A stretch of 64,000 nucleotides of DNA from Podarcis muralis (Eukaryota): the NCBI RefSeq assembly GCF_964188315.1, contig NC_135667.1, positions 8,432,001-8,496,000 of the forward strand, given 5' to 3'. Below are positions 13,104-25,493 of the stretch, piece by piece. A program made the translations under genes and the position numbers. The stretch's first letter is position 1. Each line of letters opens with the position of its first letter. The notes beneath the pieces are model-generated. The model worked only from the letters and a program-made list of their open reading frames with translations. It had not been told where the DNA came from and did no database searches.

Positions 13104-13332
13104 ATGAGCCAAATTCATTACCTTCAGGATGTTGCTGTTTTGCAGTGTTTGGCTTTCTTTTGTTCCAACCTATCTGAGCACCAAAAGTAAATACGTGGTG
13201 GTGGTGAAGATCATCTCCATCTTGGCCTCCAGTGCTGGGTTATTGGGCTGCATCTTTGCTCCTAAATGCTACATCATTGTCTTGAAGCCTGAGTTGAACC
13301 ACAGAGAACAACTAATAAAGAGAAAGAATTAA
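13104..13332 (+). pseudogene. 3' fragment of V2R exon 6 (TM6-TM7 and tail) fused to intron 1 sequence
   Basis: ORF 13129-13332 [19 protein letters not shown]...[21 protein letters not shown] matches the end of gene 1 exon 6; sequence just upstream matches gene 1 intron 1 (about 2340-2421); downstream 13333-14340 matches the gene 1 3' flank. Confidence 0.9.
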
Positions 13333-14340
13333 ATAGAACCTTAAGGATTTTCCTTCATTGTATTCTATACTTGAAGTGGTAGTGGTAAGTCCAAGGACAT
13401 TTTAAGTACAGCCTCCTCTAGAGATTCTGCTGTTATTCCAATACCAAACCAAAGTCATATTACAGACGCTCCAAGTGTCCCTATTTTCCAGGGACAATCT
13501 CAGATTTACAGAATGTATCCTAGTTTATGATGTGATCCTGGGATATCCCAGTTTTGCTTAGGATGTCCCAGTTTTCATTGGAGAAATGTAGAAAAGTATG
13601 GAATAGGATGTCCTTCTTTTCATCACAGAAATGTTGGAGGGTGTGATATAACTTAGAAGAAGACCATTGCAGGACTGCACAACCTAGAGGAGGGTGGTCG
13701 TACAGGTGAGCTGAGGTAGCTCTGAGTTGGTACCAGAAAACCACACAAGTAAGGGGAAAGGGCATGACAAGGGGGATGTTAGGAAGATGTGTTAGTAAAG
13801 CTCTTGAATGACAATGCAATGCATTGCACAGGGAATACACATACTGTATCAGAGTAGAATGCAGTCCGTTTCCATATGATTGTACCTACCACACCATTTT
13901 AAAGGTTTATTATTGGTGATGTTATAATGAGGCTATTATTGTATTGTAATTGAAAAGTAATAAAAATTATCATTATAAAAAAATAATAATAAAACTTTAT
14001 TTTCCTTCTGCTATGGTTTGGACAGTTCAGCAAACAGTAGTCCCATTCCATCATGTACTTTATTTATGTAATTTAATTTTACACTTGATTCTTGAGTATC
14101 TGATTGACCTGTAAGACCCTTTTCCTTGATGGCACAAGTGTATTCTGCTCTGAATTCATTCATACTCCTGAATAATGGAAACTTCACATTGCTTTTGTAA
14201 AACTGTTTTGCAGCCACCATTGTTTTGCAGCCACCATTGATGAGGTTGGAAATTGTATCCTGGTTTTTGCTTTTGCTTCCCTCATTTTTTCCACCTTTAC
14301 GTACTGCAAATTTCATCCTGCCTATGCTTCATTCAAAAAT

Positions 14341-15417
14341 GACCGCTCCCCGCTTAAAACGGGGGGCGGCCTTTGCGTGGACGCGTGCAGCCCCTAGATC
14401 TGGAGCGGCTCCAACAGCATAGGCTTGGCCTTGCCTTCCCTCAGGTGGGATACCTGGAGGTCTCCGCCTACCTCAGTCATTTGCCCAATCCCACCTGGGG
14501 GAAGCGTTGCCAAGGAGACCAGGCCAGGTAGGGGAGGGACTACCTGCCCACACAATAGAGGGAGGATCTTACCTGGGAATCCTCACTCGGCGAAAATGAC
14601 TTGGTCATGCGTAAAAGCTTAATTCTGATCAAAACAGCGATCGCAGACCTGGAAAGCGTACACGCCACTCACCCCAGTATTACGATTTTCTGGTCCGAAC
14701 TTCTGCCACGCTTGCATTGGCGTGGCAACATCAAACCCACCAGACTTAACTACACTGTGGAAAAAATCAATAGGGCAGTGCGCTCTGCAACCACTCACAT
14801 GGGAGGTTGGGTCGTGAAACACCCCAACATTAAAGTTTACATGCAGGAGCTATTTCGGCCCGATGGCGTGCACCTATCGGACCTTGGTAACGAGCGTTGG
14901 CTGAGCGACATCAGGCATGGCCTGATTGACTGGTTGGAGGATGGCAAAGGCGCTTTTCAGATGTAGGTAGTCTTGGCGGCGAGACCGCAATCTTTGCGGT
15001 CTCGGGTGGCGGTATCAGGCCTTGGGCGGAATCCTTTAGTCCATCTTCCTCTTTGCGGCGGCGATACCAGGGTTCCCCGTTAAAGGGGTTTCTGAAGGGA
15101 GGCTTTGGCCGTGTGCCGAAAGGTTGTCATTGCTCTCCCCTGCGGCAGCGGCGTAACGGGGGCGGCTATCTCTGCTTGAACATATGTTCTCCAGAGCCGG
15201 CCCATCCCCCCCCACACACTGTATAACCCTGATGCTCCCTAGGTCCCCGGCTGGGGACTGGGGAGGGAGAACACCCAATGCCTGAGCCAAGGTCTACCCA
15301 CATTTGAAATTTAATAAAGTTGTGGCCAATTTAATCCCATAGCACATTGTCTCGAGTCATTATTCCACATGACGGGGGGACCGCGGGGGATCTGGGGACT
15401 CTGCCTGTCCACGCAAT
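14341..15417 (+). mobile_element. GC-rich insertion encoding a degenerate SGNH hydrolase; DIRS/Ngaro-like tyrosine-recombinase retrotransposon fragment
   Basis: ORF 14601-14966 with FRPDGVHLSDLG (SGNH block V DxxH), preceded in frame by LGENDL (block III GxND, 14586-14603); AAT at both junctions against the empty site at 106-118; AATAAA near 15314. Confidence 0.6.
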
Positions 15418-15618
15418 AAAAGCCACTAGGCCTTCTCCAATTCAATCAAATACATACAACATACCAACAAAATAATTCAATTAAGTAGTGATAAAAATAA
15501 TCACAGATATTTAATGTGAATGTCCTGTGAACCACTTGACTGAATTTATGGACCCCTTGAAACCTGGACTAAAATGCTCCAGAAAAATAATGTTTCCAAA
15601 AATATGTTGCAGTTAGGT

Positions 15619-15968
15619 AAAGGTAAAGGTACCCCTGCCCGCACGGGCCAGTCTTGACAGACTCTAGGGTTGTGCGCCCATCTCACTCAAGAGGCCGGGG
15701 GCCAGCGCTGTCCGGAGACACTTCCGGGTCACGTGGCCAGCGTGACATCGCTGCTCTGGCGAGCCAGAGCCGCACACAGAAACGCCGTTTACCTTCCCGC
15801 TAGTAAGCGGTCCCTATTTATCTACTTGCACCCGGGGGTGCTTTCGAACTGCTAGGTTGGCAGGCGCTGGGACCGAGCAACGGGAGCACACCCTGCCGTG
15901 GGGATTCGAACCGCCGACCTTTCAATCGGCAAGCCCTAGGCTTTTACCCACAGCGCCACCCGCATCCC
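15619..15968 (-). mobile_element. Sauria SINE (young subfamily)
   Basis: (ACCTTT)n tail and tRNA-like head on the minus strand; 16-bp TSD TATGTTGCAGTTAGGT; empty site near 12275. Confidence 0.92.
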
Positions 15969-16652
15969 TATGTTGCAGTTAGGTGTACATAAAACACATG
16001 TATTAATCACAATACCTTATGCTAGAGAATATTGCAAAAAACACACAACAACCTCAAAAGAGGTATTTACAAGAATCAGTATATTAGGCAACATTTCATA
16101 TAGCAAGTGTCCACTGGGCTGATCTGGAAATGTGAAGAACTGAATCTAAGATTGGAAATATAAACACGATAAGATGAAATTGGCAGAATCGCCCATACGG
16201 AGCCAGTGAGCATCAACACATCTATGTATATCCATCCAATCAAAGAAAAGTCCCATTGAATTCAGTTGAGGTTATACAAGGTAAACGATTATAGCAAAAG
16301 ACATTTATGAGTCGGAAAGCACTTCATGAGATATGTGAACTATTCAGCTACCTAAAGAGAAGGATGAGAGAAATATTTTTTTTAATTAAAAAAATCAACT
16401 GAGCTGCAAATGTTGAGGAAGGGATGAAAAGCAGGTGTGTCAAAGAACCATGCAGAACACAGATGCCCATGTGAATCATACATTTTCATCACCTATGTGT
16501 TGTCTCTTAGCTTAGAAACATGAATTACAAAAGGCATAATTTCATTTCAATAAAAATCATTGTAGACGAGCACGGTCAAAATTGTGGAATGTTGATTTTA
16601 TGCACTACAGAATTCGACTCTGGAATTGTATATTAATTTACTTCATTTGCAG

Positions 16653-19600
16653 CATGGTGACAAAATTCTACCAGCACATACTTGCCTTGGCATTTGCTGT
16701 GAAAGAGATCAATGAGAACCCCACAATCTTGCCCAATATCACTCTTGGGTTCCACATCTACGATAGCTATCATGATGCAAGGATGACATATCGTAGCACC
16801 TTAGACCTGCTCTTCAAATCACAGAGATTTGTCCCCAACTATAAATGTGACACCCAGAAAAACCTCATGGCCATCGTTGGGGGACTTAGCTCTGATACAT
16901 CCTTCCATATCAGAGACAATATAGACCTCTACAAGATTCCACAGGTAGGATTTCTGAAGAGCAGAAGCAGCATACTGATTTCTAGGAGCTGAATTTTGGC
17001 ATTTTCTATTGAATTTATAAAACTTTTTAAAAATATGTAACAAGTAGGATGAATATACAGTGGGAAGGAAGGGCTAGCACAAGATACCTAGCAGTTAGTT
17101 CTAGCACTGAAAAACTGAGATAGCAGTGCTATGAACCAACTACAAATGAAACAGAAAAGTATTTCATATAATAGCATGGAAAATTGACCAAGCCAATAGA
17201 AAGCAGTATAATAACTTCTAGGGTGAATAGACTCCTGATCTTGTTTGTGGAGCTGAATTTTGACAATGTTCTATATAAAGGTAAAGGTACCCCTGCCCGT
17301 ACGGGCCAGTCTTGCCAGACTCTAGGGTTGTGCGCCCATCTCACTTAAGAGGCCAGGGGCCAGCGCTGTCTGCAGACACTTCCGGGTCACGTGGCCAGCG
17401 TGACAAGCTGCATCTGGCGAGCCAGCGCAGCACACGGAACGCCGTTTACCTTCCCGCTAGTAAGCGGTCCCTATTTATCTACTTGCACCTGAAGGTGCTT
17501 TCGAACTGCTAGGTTGGCAGGCGCTGGGACCGAGCGACGGGAGCGCACCCCGCCGCGGGGATTCGAACCACCGACCTTTCGATTGGCAAGTCCTAGGCGC
17601 TGAGGCTTTAACCCACAGCGCCACCCGCGTCCCAATGTTCTATATAAAACATTGATATTAAATATTTAACCAGTAGGATGACTATACAGTGGGAAGGAAA
17701 GGCTAGCACAAGATACCTAGCAGTTAGTTCCAGCGCTGAAAAACTGAGATAGCAGTGCAATGAACAAACTGCAAATGAAAATAAAATACAATAAAGTATT
17801 TCAAAATCATTCTCCGAGGTTAATAACATGGAAAATTGACCAAGCTGGAAGAAAACAGTGTCATCATTATTTCAAAATCCCTCTCCACAAGAACAATAAT
17901 TTGAATGATGTTGTTTGTGATATTACTGCCTTCCATTAGAAGCAAATATCTGTTTCTCTATAAGCAAAGGCCCGCTACGCTTCCTCCCTCTCTCCTTGCC
18001 CTTGCTATTTTGCCTTGTATTTTCCAACTCTACAATTCTATGATTTGGACTACCAGCCATTATTAATCCATTAAATTGAAACTTTCTCCCCAAGTGCCCC
18101 ATTGTAAGATTATAGATTTAGAATTCCCATAACTTTTTTTAAAAGGTGTACCTTGCCAGTTTGTTTAGTGGGTGATGCCTAAGAAAAGTCATTATCTGTG
18201 CCAGCCCTTAAAATATGGGATTCTCTGCAGGGTAATGTCTAGTGCCTTCATTGTATAGTTTTTGTCGCGTGCTCTTTAAATATGCACTTCTTCAACTTGA
18301 AATTTCACATTATATTTACATTTTAGGACCAACCTTACTCTCTTGATTGCCATTCATTCATTTTATTTGTCTGTTGCTTCTACACACAGAGAGACACATA
18401 CAATGCTCAAAGTGGAATGCCACAAAGCAACACGCTAGCATTTCAAACAAACACTACAAAAGCAATTCCATAATTCCATAACAAAACAATAAAAACAACA
18501 ATTTCATAGTAACACAGAAAAAGAATAGTGACGGTTATTGGCATCTGTCTTTCTTGCGAGACAATGGAGTTTGCCTCCAGGGGTGAAGTCAAACCTCTGA
18601 AGAATTATTTTGTTATTTTGGCTGCACTAGCAACACTGAAGTAACCTCCCCAGGGCACAAGCCTGGGCAGTGTGTATGGATGTCCAGTCCTACTCTGCCC
18701 AGATGAGAAGACCTCTCAGCCTTGCTGATATGGTCCAAAGGAAAACAGAGCAATACATTTGGCACCAGCTTGGCCACAGAAGTTGCAAGAAGAAAGGCAT
18801 ACAAGATGCCATTCAACTGTCTTAGGGACTTGACTCCAGATTTGTGAACAGTTTATTCCTTAACCTTCCCTTCTCCTGAAGTCATACCAAACAGCCCTAT
18901 TCCAATACACATACCAAATTACTTAATATGAAGCACCCAATAGCAAAAAGAAGGGGGCTTCACAATTTCACCTTTGTCTTAGAAATAACCCTCCTTTAAT
19001 GATGCTTACACACCTTCACCTTAAAAAGCTTTTTATGAGGCTTCCAAGGGAAAAGATAAGGGTAACTGGAAACCCCTGCCATGATGCTGCTCTTTTTTCT
19101 ATTGTATGTTAAATTATTGTAAGCATCCTCAACACCTGTTGTTGAAGAGCAGGTTGGAAATAAAATGATTGCATTAATCATCACAAGATTCAGAAAGTGT
19201 CTATAAGCAAAACTTAAATAAGAGAGGCATATTCCTAGAAAAGGTCTACTATGATTGATGAAAGTTTTCTTTGAATCATGAAAATATCTCAGTAATTGTA
19301 GAAAATTAACTGAAGTCGTTGCTCATAATGTGTTTCAGTATCTGTGCATTTTTATGTAGCTCACTTATGGCTCATTTCCCATGGAGGAGGAGAGTGATGA
19401 AATTCATGTCTCTTCCTTTTACCGCATGGTTCCAAATGAAGCCCACCAGTACATGGGAATTATCAGCTTGCTTAAGCATTTTGGATGGATATGGGTTGGA
19501 ATCTTTGTTGTGGATGATGAAAGTGGAGCAAATTTCTTGCAGACTATGGAACCATTGCTTTCCAAAAATGGAATCTGTTCAGCCTTCACACAAAGGCTCC

Positions 19601-22600
19601 CAAAACTAGCTCGTTTTGATAACCTTGATGACGTTTATGGTGTATTATTCAGAGGCTACAAGGATGTCAAAGATGACAAAGCCCAAACATTTATCATCTA
19701 TGGAGAATCTATGGCACTCATATGGCTGACAGCTATTTTCCTTGTACAGGATAATAAAAATAATGATATTTCATCAGTGACAAAAGTTTGGATCATAACA
19801 AGTCAGATTGATTTCATGTTGACCGGGCTTCAAAGGAGTTGGCCTCTTGTTCTCTTCCAAGGTGCCGTTTGCTTCACGATTCACACAAAAGAGCTTCTGG
19901 GGTTCCATCAGTTTCTTCAAAGCATAAAGACTGATGGGATAAAAGGAAATGGTTTTCTGAAGGACTTCTGGGAGCAAGCATTTGACTGTGATTTTTCAAA
20001 CCCCAATGTGCCAATGGACACAAGTGAACAATGTACAGGAGAAGAGAGACTGGAGAGTCTCCCTGATCCACTCTTTGAAATGGGGATGACTGGCCACAGC
20101 TACAGTATATACAATGCTGTCCATGTGGTGGCTCATGCTCTACATGACATTTATTTAACAAGATCCAAACCCAGAGCAATGATGGGTCATAACATATTTG
20201 AACTTCATGATCTGAGACCTTGGCAGGTAATATGCTGAAAATAACTCAATATTGTCTTTTGCAATAAATAAAAAATAAAAATGTGTGAACTGCTACTCCA
20301 CATTTTATTTTTTATTTTTTACAAAGCTTTGTATATGTATGTTATGTATTGCTCATTCTGGCCTGGAAAGACATTGTGTCATCAATGTATAATGTAGGTT
20401 TTTATCTTCTATGTAAAATAGTTGATTTTTCACTTTTGGTCTTTCTTAGATAATGCTAACAAACACTAATAGTGAAATGTGTGTGTGTGTATCATGGCAT
20501 TCAAAATTCAAAATTTTCATTTCCCCCGCCCTTGTCTTTAATCTTTCAATCAGCTCCACCCTTTCCTTCATGGCATTTCCTTTAACAATTCAGCTGGAGA
20601 AACACTGTCCTTTACTACTAAAAAGGAAATAGGAGGTGGATTTGACACCATGAACATGGTCATATTCCCAAACAAGTCCTTCCTTCGAGTCAAAGTTGGC
20701 GAGGTGGATGATACTGCTCCTGAAGGAAAGAAATTCATCATTCATGAGGACATGATAATGTGGCACCCAGGTTTTAACCAGGTCGGAATCCTAACAGTGT
20801 TTCTTGGGTTTTGGGGGTCTGCTGTAACCTACAAAACTGTCCTGCCAGAAATTTTTGTTTATTTTTCTGCAAACCCTCTATCTTCCTATTGAAAACTTAA
20901 ATAGTGCTGCTGTCTAGCAGAATGAAAGCCTAGGCACAACAATGAGTTGAAAAGCAAAGTTATATTTTCTGCCATGTTATATGTGCCTTAGGCTCTTAAA
21001 GACCCAGATACCTAGCACAATGAAAGATTAATTGCATCACTGAACTATCAACAATCAGTGGCATATCTGTTGCAGATTAAAGCTATGCCTCATCTGAGGG
21101 ATCTCAATGAAATGTTATAGCAAGACAGCATTGAGTTATCTCTCTTTTCATTGTATAATTCTCAATTGAATAAAACCTTCCTTAACATGTGAACTCTCCT
21201 CTGCCAACCCTTGGCATCTCTAAATACGAATAGAAAACATTAAAAACAACTTTTGATAATGTTAAAAAGCAAGAGGACTTGGAGGTCAGACTGCAGATAA
21301 AGCTAGATTCCATGCAAAAATTCATTTTATAAGAAATTCAGTAAGAGAACTTCTCCAACCTGAAACTCCTTTCCTATTTGTGGATAGGTGATGCCCATTT
21401 CTGTGTGCAATGAGCACTGCCCCCCTGGTCATCAGAAGAAAAGGAAGGAAGGTGAAAAGTTTTGCTGCTATGATTGTGCTCCATGTCCAGAAGGCAAGAT
21501 TTCAGACCAGAATGGTACATGAGAAAGAAATCATTTTTATTTTAATGGCAAAGTATTTTTAATGGATATTGCCTAAGAGCTAATTACAAATGATTATTCA
21601 CTATGTTGTGCATGTAAATAAGTGATCCTGCTTGGTATGAATTGCAAATATATCACTGCTGACTTCCACTACTTGGAGAAGCTAATATTCCTTGTGCAAT
21701 GCAATCTGTATGGTTTGGTAGTAAGCCTCAATGAAGACCAAATTATTTAGCTGATCATATCCAAAAAAGTAGACATATAGAAACAGTTTAAGCAAGACTA
21801 TTATAACCTCAACAGTCAAGTGATAATGATTATAGAAATGATGATGGTGATGACTAATTCAATCTGGTCAGATGTGAGATCTAAACTTGATTATATGCCA
21901 CAGGTTCTGGATCTGATAGCTGTTTCACCTCAGTTCCTTCTGAAGCAGATGCCACATTAAGGGGGAGGGTTCCATATCAGCACAAATAATATTTAAGAGT
22001 CCAGGATAAGTCTTTGGCATATATGTGGAGAAAATAAAATTAATGTACTCAACAGAACTTTTTGACATTTATGAATGAGAAGATAAATTAGGTTAAGGAA
22101 CAAGAACAGCAAAATCTAACTTACAGAAGGATAATTTAGAAACCGTAGTGAAATCATAACTTCCTGGATCAGTAAGGGTAAGACTGGTAACCATGCAATG
22201 AACATCCCAAAGTTAGACCAATTAGATTCCCAAAGATGGGATAGCTATACTACATTTCCTTTGAAAAATACAAATGTATATTACATAATTGCCAATTCTC
22301 TTAAATCCTCAATGGTCAGAGAAACGCTATATTACTGTAACTTGACAAACCTCCTCCCACTAACAAAAACCTTCTTCATAAGACAGTATTGGTATACTTT
22401 ATTTTTGCATCACATCTTTTTCAGAATGGTATGTGATTGGTTCATATAGGATGCATAATTTCAAAGATACGGGATTATCTGTCAGTGTGATGCAGGAGTT
22501 GGGTCACATGGTACATTTTATTGTAGGTATGGATTGATTAATTCAATTTTTTAAAAATAATGCTGTGAAGTCAGTAATATCCTATTAATAATCTTAAATT

Positions 22601-23868
22601 CAGAAGAGATTGATGTTAGTTCAAGATAGGAAATGGTTGAGTGATGATATCTGATGTATCACTGAAGGACATAAAAAAAGCAAAAAGTTTCCTTTTACCC
22701 AGTTTGATGAATTTTAAAGTCGTGCATGGTAAAATAATGAATGATATAATTAGCTGTGGGGCCTCATCCATTATCTCTTCAATCTTCCTGAATTGTTGCA
22801 GCAGCAAGAATATATGGCACATAATGGTACTGATAATAATAATATTGAGCCTGGTGGTCTGTCAAAATACAATGTTACATTGACACCTACTCACTAAGAA
22901 TCAGCATGGAGGCAAAGAAAGAATATGAATTGTCTTTCGAATTTGACCTATTTCTATTTTTTTCAGACATGGATGACTGTTTCAGATGCCCAGAAGATCA
23001 ATATCCAAACAAAATGAAAAGCCAATGCATCTTCAAAACTCTGAGCTTTCTTTCCTATAAAGAACCTTTTGGGATCGGCTTAGCTTCCATTGCTCTTTCT
23101 TTTTCCCTTCTCACAACTCTGGTGTTAGGCACTTTTGTGAAACACAAAGATACCGCCATTGTCAAAGCCAACAACCAAGCCCTCACCTACACTCTCCTGG
23201 TCTCTCTTCTGCTTTGCTTCCTATCTTCTTTGTTGTTCCTCGGCAGACCTGGGAAAGTGACATGTATTCTCAGACAACCTGCTTTTGGCATGATATTCTC
23301 TATGGCTGTTTCTTGCATGTTGGCCAAAACAATCACTGTAGTTGTAGCTTTCATGGCCACCAAGCCAGGCTCTAGCATGAGGAAGTGGGTAGGGCAAAGA
23401 CTGACCTACTCTGTTGTAGTTTCCTGTTCTTTTATTCAATCTATTGTTTGTACTTTGTGGTTGATGACATCTCCCCCATTCCCTGATGTAGATATGCACG
23501 CTGTAACCACAGAAATCATTGTGCAATGTAATGAAGGGTCTGTGACCCTGTTTTACTGTGTCCTGGGCTACATGGGCCTTCTGGCTGTTGCCAGCTTCAT
23601 TGTGGCATTTCTGGCCCGCAGATTACCTGACAGTTTTAATGAAGCCAAATTCATTACCTTCAGCATGTTGCTCTTTTGCAGTGTTTGGCTTTCTTTTGTT
23701 CCAACTTACCTCAGCACCAAAGGGAAATACATGGTAGTGGTGGAGATCATCTCCATCTTGGCCTCCAGTGCTGGGATATTGGGCTGCATCTTTGCTCCTA
23801 AATGCTACATCATTGTCTTGAGGCCAAAGCTGAACAACAGAGAGCACCTAATAAGGAGAACGCATTAA
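16653..23868 (+). CDS. Vmn2r: V2R copy 3, exons 2-6 intact, own exon 1 deleted
   Basis: Exons 16653-16944, 19360-20226, 20554-20781, 21388-21514, 22967-23868; open frames, GT-AG. No exon 1 between 15440 and 16653; the nearest exon 1 is 11713-11927, which is phase-compatible (2631 nt total). Confidence 0.9.
17280..17633 (-). mobile_element. Sauria SINE (young subfamily)
   Basis: Full length, head GGGACGCGGGTGGCGCTGTGGG on the minus strand; 15-bp TSD AATGTTCTATATAAA. Confidence 0.92.
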
Positions 23869-24309
23869 AGACTCTTTGTAATGTGCCCTCATTGCCACAT
23901 TACACCTCATTGTGCATTACACCACAATGCACCCCTATTGTTCAAGACCAAATATATTTTTACTACCTGCCTTCTTATTGTTCCTGTTGCTGCTCCAGGT
24001 CTACTTCAACCTTATTAAATTACCACCATATATTATCCAATTAAATAAACCAGTTTGGGAAGTGATGGATTGTCATGCATTCTGAGCATTTAAATCAAAA
24101 AATTTGGGGAGATTTTACACTCTCTCTCTCTCTTCCTCTTCCTTTCCTATGCTGTGTCAAAGGAACATTAGAACCATGTTATATAGTGTTTTCAAATAGG
24201 TACATCAGAAAACACCATAAAATGGGAAGTGGGAATTGTCCATCAACATTCCATATCCCTCACTAGGAAAATGATCCATGTGGTATCTGGCTTTGAGGGA
24301 TTGTTTGCG

Positions 24310-24545
24310 GTGTTGGGTCAGAGAGAGAGAAAATCGAAGTCTGACCCACTGCTCTGCAATCCTGTATAAATGTGCTGACAGAGGTAATCTTGCATGTGGT
24401 GTTGGAGAACCCTCACACTTTGATGTTGGGGGATGTCAATGAAGGACATCATGACCTTCATGGCAACCATGGGGCTGTCTCATTACATCAGTGGTCCAAC
24501 GCATGTAGCTGAGCATGCCCTCAACCTGGCCTTCACCTCACCCAT
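24310..24545 (+). mobile_element. Degenerate L2/CR1-type LINE endonuclease-region fragment
   Basis: Resembles the APE region (TTGGGGGATGTCAAT..., CAACGCATGTAGCTGAGCATGCCCTCAACCTGG); heavily decayed, boundaries approximate. Confidence 0.4.
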
Positions 24546-25493
24546 TGATTTACAAGCTAACTGTGAGTCTATTGCCATGGATAGTTGATTGCCGGCTGAG
24601 GTATGGGCTTACTGCAGACCCTCCAAGTGTCCCTACTTTCCAGGGAAAGTTCCGGATTTACATAAGTCATCCTGGTTTCTTATTTGGAACTTGGAATGTT
24701 CCACTTTTCCTTAGGCTGACCCTATTTTGATTGCTGAATGGAGATAGCTCAGTCTATGGTTGCCATATTTCAAAAAGTGAAAATCTGGACATAAAAGCTC
24801 TTTACCTTTTTTTTTAATCTGAAGGGGGTGGGAAGGTTTGGGCCAAAGTTTTTTAAGGAATTTTGCCAAATTCTACACTTCCGACATGGGTTGCCATACA
24901 TGATAACAGTGTCCTATGGCTGAAACCCAGCTATGCCTGGGAAATTCTGGATGTATGTCAACCTTAGCTCAGTCAGTCGGGCATGAAAATCTCTAAATCT
25001 CTTAACCTCTCATGGTTGTGCATCCCAGCTCCTCACTGGGCAAAGGGGGTTGGACTAAATGACCCTGGGGTGTCCCTTCCAACTTTACAAGTTTATCATT
25101 CCATGGCAGGATGTCCCTCTTTTCAGTGGAGTAATGTTGGACACAAACCTTTTTCTTGACTGGCTGTACTAGAGGTGGGCTTATTTTCCTTCTGCTAGGG
25201 TTTGGGCAGCTCAGCCAACAGTAGTTAAGTTCTGAGTTTTCATCTATTGTACTTTATCCCAGTGTGATTTAATTTTACATCAGCTTATTTTGTGTATGAT
25301 TGCCCTGTAGGTCCCCTCACCTTTATGGCACAACTGTATTGTGCTTCATGTCTATTCTCCTGAGAAATGTGTGCTGTCCAGTGTTTGGTAAACCTGGAGT
25401 TTGGAAGCGATCTTTAATTTGGGATTTGTTGCTTTGTAATGCCCAAGAAATTTATTTCATTTTTAGCTTCCCTGTGGAAACTAAACAAATTGG

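Noticed and set aside
15670-15855. Short ORFs ending [13 protein letters not shown] (also 17312, 43165)
   Set aside because: Translations of Sauria SINE sequence, not genes.
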